Assembly: GCF_009914755.1 (NCBI RefSeq)
Contig: NC_060933.1
DNA from: the human T2T-CHM13v2.0 reference genome, Homo sapiens
Length of the DNA stretch: 64,000 bases
Reading direction: 5' to 3' (one strand)
Position 1 is the stretch's first letter. Each line of letters opens with the position of its first letter. The notes under the pieces were generated by a model. The model did no database searches. It saw nothing but the letters and a program-made list of their open reading frames with translations, and was not told the origin of the DNA. The translations under genes and the position numbers were made by a program. Below, in pieces: positions 13,551 through 27,800 of this stretch.

Positions 13551-14665
13551 TTGCTCATTCTTATTAGACAAAATTCCCGTGCTACACTATCAGTACCTGA
13601 TTGTTAGGGCCAATACTTAGGATGCTTCTCCAGTTTTAAACCCAGAAAAATTGTGAAGGAATAGTTTAAAGTGGTTGCATGATTTTTTGGGTGAGGTAGG
13701 CAGGTTAAAGAATCTATTTTTTCTGTGTAATATAAAGAATAATCTGAAACAAAAGAAAAATCAATTTTTTCTCCATTTCTGCCTTGGCAGCCTGTGGCCA
13801 TTGGGGAAATTACTATTTGTTTAATCAAAAATTTATTTTTCTACTTTTTCAACACAGAGAAAAACAATTTTATGCCTTTAAGTTAACTTATATCAGTGGG
13901 TTGGCATGTAGCCTTCTGCACATTTCCCCTATTCATAGAGCAAGGGCTGGTTATGAGCAGGGCAGAGGGTAAACGGATTGCCTCTTTCTGTCAGCTCCAG
14001 GGCCAGATCACAGGTTTAAGTTTTATCCCAAAATGTCTGGGAATAAACAAGACATCCATTTACTTACTAAGGGAAATCTGCTCGTGTATTTTACATAGCA
14101 GTACGTTATTATTGTTTCTCATGAAGCTCATGAGTGCACCGTTGCCTGTTAACCTTATCAAAGTTTCACACTATGATGTTAGGTCCTTTTTGTTGTATTG
14201 AATACTATTGAATACTTCCTATTTCATGGATATTATTTTATAAGTGGAAAACTGAGGAAAAACAGTCAATCATTAGGGCTAAGAATGATATCTTTGTTCA
14301 AATACTGCTTACATGTAGTTAGGTTAGACAGTACTCAGAAATTTCATAAATTCCTGATACAAATATATTGTCTATAATATAATACACATTTAGTACTTTG
14401 TGATTATATTCTAATAAAAATAAATGTTAAAAAAATGCACATGTTATGTCCAGTGTGGAAAAGATAATTATTTAGATTACCATTAAGCTGAAAATTATGG
14501 AAAATATGACAGTTGTTATATAGATATTATTATTTTTATTTAGTAGTAAGTCTGAAGTCAGTAGGCATAATAATGATGTAGCTTCTGAAGTCATCAAAAT
14601 AGTACTTCTTCTACCTTTCTGCTGTATCAGCACCACAGCATGTGGTGTCTGTATCCATGGTCATA

Positions 14666-14669
<4 letters not shown>

Positions 14670-14711
<42 letters not shown>

Positions 14712-14910
14712 TGTGTATATATATATATATATAGTATGTGTATATATATATAGTATGTGTATATATATATAGTATGTGTATATATATAATATGTATATAT
14801 ATAATATGTATATATATATAATATGTATATGTATATATACATGTGTGTTTATGTATGTATATGTGTGTGTAATATCTATCTATCTATCTATCTATCTGCA
14901 TGTATATATA
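14670..14910. repeat. Compound microsatellite (TA)n / (tatagtatgtg-TAn) / (TATC)n
   Basis: Directly visible. Confidence 0.95.
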
Positions 14911-16720
14911 TCCACCATTATGTGTCTTGACGTTAAATTCATGTTGCAAGAAGCAAGAAGTGGAATAGATGAATTCAACTCATTACTGCCTTCATATATT
15001 TAGCCACAGTGGAGTCATATGGCCAACCCAGCTGCAGGCAGCCTGAAAATTTCAGTATTCTGTTTCTAAGTTCTGGTAAAGGAACATAAGTGAAGCAGTA
15101 GTTGCAATGGATATTGTGTAAGTCTTCCTGCAAGTGTTTTTCACCAAAAAGCAACCTGAATAAAACCAAAACATATTAATTTTCTTGAAAAAAAATCTTT
15201 CCCTCTGAGTGAAGTGCAGCCCTCAAATGATCTCCTCTTTATGGTTTTTGTACTTGATCTATCCAACAAGATGGTTCAAATAAGTACCAGTGTTGTTTTT
15301 TATTTGGTTTACAGAAAACAGTGTAAGAGACAACTATTGTTTATTTTCTAATTGTATGCACAATCATCTGTCACAATTATAGGAGCTTATATTTTCTTTT
15401 GAAAGTTTAATACAATTTCTTCTTTAAAATAAGAGATAAAAGTTTTACATTGAAAAAAATTATTTGTTTCTCACACATTTATAAATTGTTCATTAAACAC
15501 TTTAAATGACAGATACTTTTCTAGGTGCTAGGGACGTAACAGTGAGAAAAGACTAACAGTCCTTTCCAGACAAAGTTTATATATTGTTTATAACAACTTC
15601 ATATATTGTTATCTTTATATAAATTCAAAGAACTGAGATAAATATGTAAATGTTATAAACTTCAAAAATGATTTGTAAATATAAGGTTTTTACAGATAAA
15701 AGAAATGTTAGCAAAAGAGTCCCAAAAACGTTTTGATAGAATGATCCAGAAATATAAAATTTCATTTAATATACTTGCTAATGAAAATCACATTGTTGGA
15801 TGCAGGCTGAAAAAGATATTTCATCAATAAATAAATTTAAAATAATACTTTTGAAACAGACAATACATTTGGTTTAGCGTTCTTTAGCTCCATCTCAGGC
15901 AACACACCAGCTTTACTGTATACCCACTTATTCATAGACTATCTGCCTACTTTCACTTACTGATTCCGTGTTTTACACATCATTACTTTATTGATTCATA
16001 GTATTTTTTTTAAAAAAGATAATTTACTAGAACCACACTCACAAGCATTGTATTTCTTAGGTTGATTGGTAATTTACAAATTTCTGTGTCTCTGTCCAAG
16101 CTAAAAGTATTATAATTGTTTTTGTAGACAAATAGAAATTTTAATTACTGTTAAAGTGATGCTTTTTGAGAGCATTCATCCTTGAAACTTAGACCTTGCT
16201 TATAAACTCTTTGCTAATATTTGCTAAGAGGCTAGAAACATTTATTTAAAGTCTTTATATTAGAGGATGATAGAGCAGAAGACCTTGACTAGATGGCTAA
16301 GTGGTATGTGAGAATCATTTTGAAAATATTCCATAACCAACTGACTAATGGAAGGTAATAACTTATGCCATTGGCAAGAGCTTTATGCTGATGATATAGA
16401 TCTAATTGGCTGAGTGTTTAAGTGTGAGTTTTATGTCGAATAGTACAATCTACTGGAACTATCCAAAATGCATTTGGAAAAATTAGAGTTTACAGACACA
16501 TCTAGTTTATCATAGAGGCTTTTATGTCATTAGCATAGTAGCTAAAGTTATAGATGGGAATGGGTTCACCCAGATAATAAAGTAAAAGAATGAAGTTATA
16601 GAAACTCTGGGGACACTAATCCTGTTTTGATAAGAGAATTACACCAATTAAATCATTGGCCTAATGATTTCCACTAAGCAGACAGATTTTCTTCAGTAGC
16701 ACTACTGCTAGGAACTTGGA

Positions 16721-16733
<13 letters not shown>

Positions 16734-16752
<19 letters not shown>

Positions 16753-16842
16753 CACACATATACGTATATGTGTGTGTATATATATATATACACACACATA
16801 TACGTATATGTGTATATATATACGTATGTGTATATATATATA
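16734..16842. repeat. (TA)n/(CA)n compound microsatellite
   Basis: Directly visible, with repeated catatacgtatatg units. Confidence 0.95.
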
Positions 16843-19800
16843 TGATCACTATGCAGGCCACATTGTAAAACTTCATAGGATTCTACTCACAGTATAGTCT
16901 TTTATTTTCTTTAATTTGAGTACTAATATATAATGTGTGTGCTAGACTAGACCTAACAACTTTATATAGTTTTTTGTCATTAAAGTACTAGAGTACAAAT
17001 AAAGCTGAAGCTGCTTCTGTAATTACATGGGATGCCACTTCAAAAATTCTGCCTCTTCTTTTGTTTTTCAGGAGTATTTATAACAATTAAAGCCTAATGT
17101 CAGTATGCCCACATTTCTGAAAGAACTTTCAGTTGAGATAATTTCCCCTTCATTATACTAAAACAAACAAAGACATACTAGATCTAAATGTAACACAAGC
17201 AGCACATGCTGTATTTGGCCAACAAATGCTGCTGAATGTTCATGTTAATATTATGACTATTTTTGCTTCAGACTGGTTTCAGCTTCTTAAGAGCTTCAAG
17301 TTAGTAAGAAAACTTTTCATATATTTTTATAAATATATGGTCTGGATTGTATTAATAGGTATGTATTTGTACCTCATTTTAACTGTATATATTGAGGAAA
17401 ATATGCACTTATTGCCACAAAATGCAAAACTCTCTATCAGAGACTTAAAACAATAGACGTTTATTTCATATATTCTGAACTTTCAATGTGGGTCAGTAGA
17501 GGCTCTGTATCCTGTCACTTAGGATCCATGCAGTCTCCATTTTTTAATGTTATCTAAGCTTGAAGCATCCACATTCATTGTATGATGGGAGAAAATCAAA
17601 AAAGAGAATGATGAAGGAGGCATTAACTGTTTTTGAGGGCCAAACCAGAAGTGATGCACCTTAGAGTCACATGTCCCCATGTGATTATAGCTCCAAATCC
17701 AATTTAGAAATCCCCTAAATATAATAGAAAGGTTTATTAAATTTCTGAAATTCAGAAAAAAACTACTTTTAATGACTTTTGCTAAATTTATAAATTGTTA
17801 CAGTGAAAAATATGATATTTCTATGATATATCTTTGAAAGTTTCACAAGAAATCATAAACAGTTAATTAAAGTCTATTGCAAATGCCTTTTTAACTTTAA
17901 CTTTAGGAGTACAGCTACAGAGCTACTAGTACATATGTGTGTCACATTCCTCTATGGATGGTAAATCAATAGGTGTAGGAAGACTTTTAAAGATTTCAAT
18001 ATAAAAAAGAAAGACATTTATAAAATGGTATTTTACAAAAGCACAATTTGTTCTTCCTTAATTTAAATATAAATATTCATAAAATTATAATAAGAAGGTT
18101 ATTTTAATGCTTCTAAATATAAATAGAAGAGGCTCATTTTATTAAAAACAGTACATGCCAGACAATTTAGAAGTAATGTAAACATACTACTTTTTATTTA
18201 ATTATTTAACAAGCTTGTGAAGTAAGTAGTAGTATTCCCAATTTGTATTTTCAATAAAGATGCTGTAATTTATCTAAAACGTCATATAGCTACAAAATTT
18301 ATGGCTAGAATCTATACATATTTGTATCTAAAGCCTATTCTTATTAAACTGTGTATAAGATCACCCAACTGAAACATTTGAAAACAGACTTTAACCTAAA
18401 TTGCTAGTAATCCCGTACTTCATTATAGAAGGAAGGGAGTCAAAACACAGTGCTGTTTTTAGGAAACATACATTCATGGTATAGGAACAGATGTTTCACT
18501 GATCCTATTAGAAATATGGTGGTAAGTGATAAAGACTATTTGAAAGAGAGGTAGGCTATCAGAAGTGTATGTGGTCATAGAATAAAATGGGGGAACATAG
18601 GGAGGTTCAAGAGAATGATTTTGTCAATTATATTAAATTCTGGGAAGATTAGAGAAGAGATTCAGCCTGGGAACTCAATTTTATTTCACAATTAGGAAAT
18701 GACTATAACTTATTCAGTCAGAGTTTAGTCAGGAAAAATAAAATCTTTTAAAATAAATAATGATTTATTCTAGGAGATTAGAGACTTACATAAACTGAGG
18801 AAGAATTAGAAAGAAAAGAACAGCAAACTGCTTTCAGATATTACCAAAGTGAGAATATCTAGTTTCTACAGCCAATAAACCCAGATGTCTACAGCAGCAA
18901 AGTCAGTAATTTTCATGAAAAGCCCTGGAATCCAAGAGATGTTCTGAACTGCCTGCTCACAGTAGTTGTGATTTCAAGTGTCTGCCTGCAACAGGTGTTT
19001 CTCAGTAGGACTCCAAAAACAAAGAAAGCTGCAACTGAAATTCTAAGCTATCTGCATTTGCTATCACAGAATATTGGCTTTTATTTTTCTTCCACTTCCC
19101 AAAATTTGATTAAATGTCTCTCACTGACTAAATCTAAGGGCTGAGATTCTGGAAGCTGTTTAAGGCTTCTTCCCAAAATGCAAAAGAGAATGCCAAATAG
19201 GGTAACTCTACTGAGACCCTATTTCTTACTAGGGAGAAGGTTAATGTGAAAATATAAGGCTATGACGTAGAAAATATGTGCAGCAAACATTGTGTAGCAA
19301 TTCACATAGACTTTCTGCATTTTATTAAATATTTGTCCCTAATGCTATCAAATTACAGAGAATAAAAAAGGAATTTACAGAAAATGAGTTTCTGTGGAAA
19401 ATTGTACATTTTAAAGTTTCTCAAGGTCTCTAATGTAGTGGAATGTTTTAACTCATTAAAAAGAGACTCTCCATTATTATGTTGGACACTGTTATTATCT
19501 GGGATTATGTCTTGATTGGTGTAAAGTCCTAGCTACAGACATTAGGAAAGGCTGTTGTGAAAACACACTTATTATGCAACACTAAATAAGAAAGTAAAAA
19601 TGGCTAAAAGTTGCCAAATGGACAAATTCAGTTCAAAGCAAACATAATCTTCTGACAACTAGAGTCTTTTGTAGTTGAGAAAAATATTAATATATAGGAT
19701 AGACAATCATAAACCAGTATTGCTAAAAATGTGTTTGAATGGATTTAGTTGAGCCCATGCTCCATTCAATATAGTTCTGTTGAAGGAATATATATATATA

Positions 19801-20380
19801 TTTATATAACTGGATATGATATGACATATCCAGTTTTATATATGTATATATAGTATGATATGATAGTGTTATATAATACATGTGCTACATATGCAATAAA
19901 TGTGTTGCATATGTGTTGTATGTTTCTACATGTGTATGGCTACAATATACACACCATATATGTAGTATGATTATGTATTTATGAATATAGCTGTATATAT
20001 AAAAACCGTTAGTATAGCATGGCCACTACCAATCAAAACAGACATTGCCATAACAATCTTAAGGCTGTAAAATAATTTATTTGAATAGCAGTTCCAATTT
20101 TTTCAACCAATGCATTTGTTCAATCTTGCATTATATATGCCTATTAGTAATTTATAAGTAACATTAGAATACTAAAGATTCTGGAAAGACCTGAATTTAT
20201 ATGATGTTTAATTATGTTTACTTCTGCATTTCTGAAAAATATTTTACTTGGCAATATCTTTGTGCTGTAATTTTTTTTTAATATATGCTCTAAGAAATCT
20301 TCTTTGGTAATTACTAATCTATATTGATGTTTCCATTGAATGATAATATATTTCTCAGGTTCAATGGGCTACCTATGTTT

Positions 20381-20775
20381 TGTAGTCATTTAGCAGAATC
20401 AAGATAGTCATCACCTGAAACTTGGTTCAGATGTCAAGATTGATGACACTCCACACTCTGAAAGCATTTGAGATAAAATTTGTTACATGAAGAATTTCTG
20501 AATATACCTGGACAGAAACAAGAAAATCTGTGCTGGCTTGGGCAAAGCAGAGACTGTGGGTTGAGCTTTTGTAGGAACAAGAGTTGGAATTGGGGAAAAT
20601 TCCCCAAATGCAGGAGGCTTAATTGTTTTGTTTACACCAACAAAGGAGGCTCTTGTGCTTGGGCTTTATTATAACCTTGCCCAGATATGGGGCCAAGAAA
20701 GGAGAAAGGAATGTGAGGCATGAAAAGAAATCAGTGATAAAGCATCAGCAGTGGAGTTAGACTCCTTCTTATTAT
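20381..20775 (-). mobile_element. Old ERVL LTR (MER54/LTR53 group)
   Basis: ctgaaacttggttcagatgtcaag ... gcccagatatggggccaag ... catcagcagtggagttagactcc; visibly homologous to 24213-24611. Confidence 0.55.
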
Positions 20776-21106
20776 TCACCTCTGATGTTTGGTTGAAGAC
20801 TGCAATGTGCCATGTCTCATTTCACTGAAGTTGAGTGTAACTATAAATCTTAGAACTATATGCCTATGCACCCATCTGTAATGAAAATGAAACGTCTTTC
20901 AATGAATATATGCATTGATTTACTCTAGATAGATGAAGACATCTGAGAGACCTCTGTGGGTGTTCAGGGTATTTGCTCAAATACCCAAGTGATATTCTTA
21001 AATTTAACCTGTTGAATCTTTTGTTGGGCCACCTGAGCAACTTTGCCTTTGCTGTTTATCCACATGCAGTAAAAAGTTTAGTGCACCAAAATGCTATATA
21101 CCCAAC

Positions 21107-23340
21107 TGTGATGGTTAATAATAGGTGTCAACTTGACTGGATTGAGGGATGCCTAGATGGCTGGTAACATTATTTCTGGGTGTTTCCATGATGGGGTGTT
21201 GCCAGACAAGATTGACATTTGATTTAGCAGAATGAAATAGGAAAACTCACCTTCAATGTGCTTGGGCACCATTCAATCAGCTGCCAGTGAAGCTAGAACA
21301 AAGCAGGCAGAAAAAGGGGGATTAGCAGTTTGCTGAGTTCACCCACTACCTCTCTCTCTCTTCCTGTGCCAGACACTTGGCTTCCTTTTCTTCTACCCTT
21401 GTGTCACAGGATACTTAGGGTGTCTCTTCACCAGCTGGCAGTGCCTTCTGCCTAAATGTTGCTGGTGCTTGCTGGGCTCGTTCTGCCCACCCCACCTGGC
21501 AGGCTGTGCTCAACTCATGCTACCGGCCCATATCCCACACCTGCCAAGGGTGAGCCAGGCTCAGAGCAGTGAGGGGTGTGTAGGCGAGTGAGCGTGGGAC
21601 CCTTCTACTGTGCACAGCAAGGCATGCCAGCAGCTGTGGTGTCGGTGGGAAGCTCCAGGCCCAAGCACACGTGCCGGCTCCATGGGAGGCTTTGCTGGAC
21701 CAGGTATACCGCTTTCAGCTTCCACTGAGGGCACCTGTGTCTCAACAAGGGGAATATGGTGGCAACCAGAAGTTTGGAGACTCCAGGAATGGCAGAGCCC
21801 CAAAGAGGGTGTCACAGCCCTGGCTCCTGGAGCCCATAGGTCTGGGTTTCCCAAAGGGCTGCAGCTCTTCTCTCCTTTTTGTAGACCGCAACATGGTTGG
21901 TGGGGAGCATGTTTCAGCCCTGTTTGTGTTACAGCTCTTTCAGTCCCGCTATTCAGTGGGTCTCAAGTTTTTGTACCATGTCCAGGAAGAATGAGTTACG
22001 TGGACAACTGTAGGCTGAGTAAGGTGGAGAGGAGCTTCATTGAGCGACGGAACAGTTCTCAGGAGACCCTCCTTTCCACAGGCAGGTCGTCCGGAAGAGT
22101 GTGCAGCTTTCAGTGGAGAAGAGACCCACAGTGGGTAGCTCCTTTCCGCAGGCAGGTTGTCCCGACAAGTGTCCAGCTCTCAGAGGAGAGGAGACCTGGC
22201 AGGGATAGCTCCTTTGTGCGGGCAGGTTGTCCCAATGAGTCAAGGAGACCCAAAGAGGGTAGTTCCTTTTTGCAGCTGCTAATCCTGATGTTTGTCCAAG
22301 TCTGGCGGAGTCCAGGGGTTTTTATAAGCTCAGAAGGGAGGCAGTTGCATGAAGATTGGTCCATGGGCAGCCGTGGACAGGCCTGGAAAAAGCACCGTAA
22401 GTTCTCACTCTGGGCCGCAGACTCCACTGGAACTGGCAGCCCAAGCCCCAGGCTTCAGGTTGTTCCTGTCTTGAAGGTAGGGTTCACCATGGACCGTCCA
22501 TTTATTTACAGGAGGCTGTCTGCCTCCTGCCGCCATAAACATGTCCTCCACGGAGCCCAGGCTGTTTGTGCTGAGGGGCACCTGCAAGCCTTCCCCGAGC
22601 TGCCCTTGGCACCCCTTCAGCCTCCCTCCTGTGTTCATGGGCAACCAAAGTCTGGAGGGGGCTGAGGCAGCAGGGAGATGACGAGTCAGTTCCACCCTGA
22701 GTGCGAGCACACCTGGCCAGGTTGAGACAGCACTCAGGCTTGGCCACAACTTTGCTTTGCCTTGCAATGGCCGCCAGGAGCGAGGAGAGGCCAAGGGGAG
22801 GTAGCAGGAACTTCCAAGCCTGCAGGGTAGGCGAGGATTCCCAGGCCCCCAAGAGCATAGGGATGCCAGGGTCTACAGCCACGACTGAGCGGCTGCAGCT
22901 ACACACGTCCCACAAAATCGGTAGGGGATGGGGCTCCCGCCTCTTCCAGGCCCCCACCGGCTCGAAGTAGAGCGCAGCCCCGGCTGCACTTCCTCTGCTG
23001 CAGCCATCGTCTTTGCAGCAGCCAGTCCAGATGAGTCGTCACTGCCATCACTTGGACATCAGACTCCAGGTTCGGTAGCCTTTGGACTCTGAGATTTGCA
23101 CCAGCAGCCTCTTGGAGAACTTTTGGGCCTTTGGCCTCAGATCTAGGGCTGCTCTTTCAGATTCCCTGTTTTGAGGCTTTTGGACTTGGACTGAGCCATA
23201 CTACCACCTTTTCTCTTTCCCCACCTTGCAGATGGCCTGTAGTGGGAATTCGCCTTGTAATCCTGTGAGCCAATTCTCCCTAATCAACTCCTAAATAAAT
23301 ATATCATATTGGTTCTGTCCCACTGGGTAACCCTACTACA
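21107..23340 (+). mobile_element. MLT2A2 (HERV-L) solo LTR split by MER52 (pieces 21107-21401 and 23051-23340)
   Basis: Starts tgtgatggttaataataggtgtcaacttgactggattgagggatgcctagatggctgg, resumes cttggacatcagactccagg, ends ggttctgtcccactgggtaaccctactaca. Confidence 0.85.
21402..23050 (-). mobile_element. MER52-family ERV1 solo LTR (~1.65 kb, GC-rich)
   Basis: Minus strand begins TGATGGCAGTGACGACTCATCTGG and ends ...CCTGTGACA. Perfect 4-bp TSD cttg at 21398-21401 and 23051-23054. Internal repeats of cctttccgcaggcaggttgtccc. Confidence 0.85.
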
Positions 23341-24212
23341 CCAGTCAGTTGAAATCTTATTTTTAATATTTTTCTTTCCAAAATTTAGTTGGCTAGTAGA
23401 TAGTCTAAGGCTAGGCTACCATTCATAACCCATATTTGCCAGAGAGTCTTGCCTCTCATTTAGGGGTTTGAGGCCTTTAGTGATTTTAATCATATATTTG
23501 GATATTATTTTGGACATTTTCTGAGTGGCATCATTTTAGAAATTTTGCTGAATAATAATGTGGGTTCCTAAAGGAGCACCATTGACTTCCAATATAGTCA
23601 GCAGAGTAAGAACGGGTGAATGTATTTCAACCGCATAATAGCTGCTTTTTCTTTTCACTCTCGCTTTTTCTTTCTTTAACTCTCTTCACGTTTGTTTTTT
23701 GTTTTTTGTTTTTTTTCATGACTAACCTCCTGATGGACTCATATATCATGGAGAGTATGACAGTGTTTCCCTGAGCACTCTATAGAAGGGAGGTCAACTT
23801 CTGGCTGAAACAAACAATAAGTCACGGAATAAGAGTTATCCCTCTGACCATAGCATCAGTTACATACAAAATTCATTCAAAGACACACAGATAGGTCTGG
23901 GCTGAGACACATGACCCAGGAATACTCTAAAGAGAGACTTGATTCCATACCCCGTTCCTAAATGTCAAATATCAAAACTTCCAATTGAGGTCAGCAAAAC
24001 TTATAACACAGGGTCATCAAGGCTGCACAAATAGAGCACAATGCAGCATGATAGAAAGTACAAACTTACTAACAAACAGAGCAGCCATCCCATACACTAT
24101 ATGCAGTTATTTGTACTTAGTAAGTGGAGAGCAAGACAAGAAAGCTCTCAAAGCAGTAGTGGTCATCTATTAGCGCATCTTTCTGGGTCTGCCAGACTTT
24201 TGTTGTTGTTGT

Positions 24213-24611
24213 TGTTATCCTATGGAAGCAGAAATGGATCCACAACTGAAATTTGGTTTGGATGTCAAGGTGGATGATGTTTCACACACCAAGAACATTT
24301 GAGTGAAAGTTTATTCCTCACACAAGGGATCCCTGGGGACAGCTGGTCAGGTACAAGCAGGTTTGAGCTTGGTTGGGCCAAACTAGAGGGTGTAAGTTGG
24401 GTTTTTATAGTGACAAGTAGGTTGGAATGGGGACAAGCTCCCATGCATAAGAGGTTTAAATTATCCATTAGTGCCAAAAGAGGAGACACAGAAATGTAGA
24501 GGCTTTCTTAACAGCTGTTCAAATGCAGTGCCAAAGGGGAAAGGGGAAGTGAGGCTTTAAAAGAGGTCAGTCGTCAAACATCATAAATGAAGCCAGACTT
24601 TATTACTAACA
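24213..24611 (-). mobile_element. Old ERVL LTR (MER54/LTR53 group)
   Basis: Minus strand near start reads gtaataaagtctggcttcatttatgatgtttgacgactgacctcttttaaagcctcac, matching the recalled family 5' end. Confidence 0.6.
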
Positions 24612-24699
24612 TTCCAAACCCAAGAACATATTAATGATGAGTTTCCCACTGATATTACTCCTGTTACTACTATTACTACTACTACTTGTAGCAATAATT

Positions 24700-24875
24700 A
24701 TTATATTAGCAGCAGTAATGATATTTATCATGTAATGTTTAGTGCCTTTTATTTACCAAGCCAGATTCTGAACATTTAAATACATATTATCCTGTAATCT
24801 TCAAAATCCTAAAACAAAGCTAGTATAATTATTCCCATATATGAGGAAGATAAGGATCAGAAGGGTTATTTGGAC
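24700..24875 (-). mobile_element. MIR SINE fragment
   Basis: ttattcccatatatgaggaagataaggatcagaagggtta resembles the MIR core. Confidence 0.5.
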
Positions 24876-27800
24876 ATTAATTTTTTTTATTCAGGAATTT
24901 TAAGGCTAAGCAATTACTAACAACTGCATATTTTATGTTGTCAAATTTCCCTTTTTCCCAGCTAAGACACATACAGATTTTAGAACTGTACATTTCAGTT
25001 GCTTAGAATATTTTTTGTTTGACATTTTATAAAAAAGTTGAAATCTCATGTACTAAAACTCATGCCTCCTAAAGGAACTATTCTCTTGTACAAATTTTAA
25101 ATGGTCATGTAGGAACAATTGCCAGCAAAATGTACATTATGCATATAAAATAAATTATTTATGAATGTTGCATATAATCTTTGATTTGTTGATAAAAATT
25201 TATTTCCATTCATTCAGATTTCCTAAGGACATTTGCCTAAATAAAATATCAATATAAGGGTGTATTCAATGTTAATGTGCTTAGCATTCATATAATAATT
25301 TTTGTCTTCACCATTACTAACCAATAGTTCCTTTAGGAGGCAGGAGTTTTAGTACAGTTTCCTATACTGAACAAGAATGATTATGAATTCACATTTTATT
25401 TCCTAAGATATTTTATTCCCTATTTATGGTTAAGAACTATAACTTATTTGCACAAACTAACTTATTTGTCAGGATGAAATTCAGGTTGTTTATCTGCTAG
25501 TATCCAGTTGAGAATGGTTAGAATCTGGTCTATTTGTCATCATCTATTTTGCATTAGTGAATGTGAGTATGCTAATGAGGATATAATGGCATTTATTTGC
25601 AACTGACTTTCACATTCACTTTTTCTTTGTGCCAAATATTCAGAAGCTAATGAATGTTAATTTAAAATAAGTGTGATGTAAGAAAGCTATGCACTTTTTG
25701 TGATGTAGCATGCTGAGGTCTTTGCTGTGGATCAGAGAGACTTGGCCTATTATTCATCTATATATAGATCACAGCAATGGGCCAGGAAGTCACAGGAAAA
25801 TGAAAATCTGCAGCATTGCTTTGTATTATTCTTATCCCTATTGCTGAGAAGTGGTAAACTAGTAAACTAATAGAGTGAATTCAGACCTCTGAATTGGTTT
25901 TATAGGTTGTTCACAGATAACATTGTCTTACGTATTGAAAAATATAAATTGGCAATGCTAAATATAGTGATGCAATGATGCTTTTAAGAGTGATAATCAT
26001 TGTTATTATCTCTTGTGAATTTCAGATTGTAGGATAATGTTTAAGCCAGCAAGATGCAATTCTTCTTGGCATTAAGTTTTACATTTGCTATATGGTTTAA
26101 TTATTGCTATAGTGTTTTATATGATGGTAAGCTATTTTTATTAAAACCGTATCTTGTTAAGTTCATATTAAATATTATATTTAGTTTCAGTATATGTTTA
26201 AAGATTAAACATGATTTGTGTTGAAAACTATCAATGTGTATTTGAAGTAAATCTAACTTTAGATATGTTTTATTTTATTTTTGAAAGTCTAGTTATCTAC
26301 CCATAAAATGTCCACCATTTAGTATACAAAATATATTTTGATTGTGAATGATTTTTATGTCTTTTGTTTTAAAAATACCACTAACGTTATAGAACTTGTC
26401 ACTAAGGTAGAGTTTGGGTTAAGCAAAAATATGACAGCTTAATATGCATCGTAAAATCAAGAAGAAAATGTGTGCCCTGTATATTTTTAAACAGTAGAAA
26501 AAAGTTCAAATCAGTTACTAACACCAATTGATAAAACTATTGAAATTCCCATTGAAAAAGGATTTCTTTTGATGCTCATATCCATTTATCTTGCACATTT
26601 TCTGAGTACGCATTCTATTCGTTCTCATTTTATCTTCTACATTTATTCCTCCTTAGAGAACTGGCAAACAGATGTTGGCACAGCTGGGTTGGATGAGAAT
26701 TATGCCACTCTAGAATGGCGTTCTTTAGTAACATTGAGGGCAGAGCCCTTTACATTCTTTGGAGACTAGAACAGTCACTTTGCTATATACTTCATTTACT
26801 AGCTTGAGGCTAACATTTTAAGATCATTTAATAATTTTAAGATCATTTAATAGTTATTATATTTCAAATCTGTGGTTACTAATTCATATTTGGCTAGATG
26901 CTAGACAATTTATTGTTTTTATTATTGAAAATTGTATTATCCAAATAATATTTTCAGATCATTAAGACTTTTTCTATGAATATTGCCATACACAGAGGAT
27001 ATTGTACTCAAACCGTGCTGTGGAATGGGTCACCTTTTATGTATACATTTTAACATGTAAATAAACAAATGATTCATGTGTTATAAAAATATAAAACCAA
27101 TATGAAAACAGATAAATAATAAATTGTCTATATATGAATATAAGAGCAGTGCAAATTGTATTGATTTTAATGAAACAAATATTTTCATATATAGCCTAAC
27201 TTTTTAAAATATCATTTTCTTAAGTGGTTGTATTATTTTAAACTTCCACCAGCAGTATACCAATCCAGCTCCTCTATATCGACAGTTGGTATGAAAAGAT
27301 GTATTTTTTAAATTAGCTAAAAACTAATAATTTATCCTTTGTCAAAAAATCGAGTGAGTTTCCATTTGCTTACCCACAATTTAGTTTATAAATGTTATAA
27401 AATACGCATGATTTTTATTATTAAGAAAACACAAATACTACTAAATTGACCATGTGGTGTTCAAGATGGGTAGAACTGAGAGATGTATGAAACAGTGATA
27501 TATTAGATATATTAGAAATGGTACTTACTTAACTGTTACTGGAAAAGACCCATGGAGAACAGATACTGATACAAGCCGAGGGTTTATTAACAATTGGCAT
27601 AATTAATCCTCTTTTAACAGATAAAGTTCATAAAGTTAAACATTTGGTAGATTAAAAATCAATAAATTAAATATCATTTCATAGTTTTATATTTTGAAGT
27701 GTTTAAGCCTATAAGCTGAAATAAGTAAATATGATTTATGTGCTAATAGTTTGTGAAATGTACATTTTTCCTAATTTTAATTAATAATAATTCAACAAAT

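Noticed and set aside
14627-15003. Tyr/Ile-rich ORFs (also 4071-4385 and 16661-16876)
   Set aside because: Translations of TA microsatellites.
21610-22665. 351-aa ORF and overlapping ORFs up to 22970
   Set aside because: Starts at GTG, lies wholly inside the GC-rich MER52 LTR where stops are rare, and has no recognisable domain.
20381-24611. The two same-orientation MER54/LTR53-like LTRs as ends of one provirus
   Set aside because: Their termini differ and they are highly diverged from each other; I see no PBS, PPT or gag/pol remnant between them.
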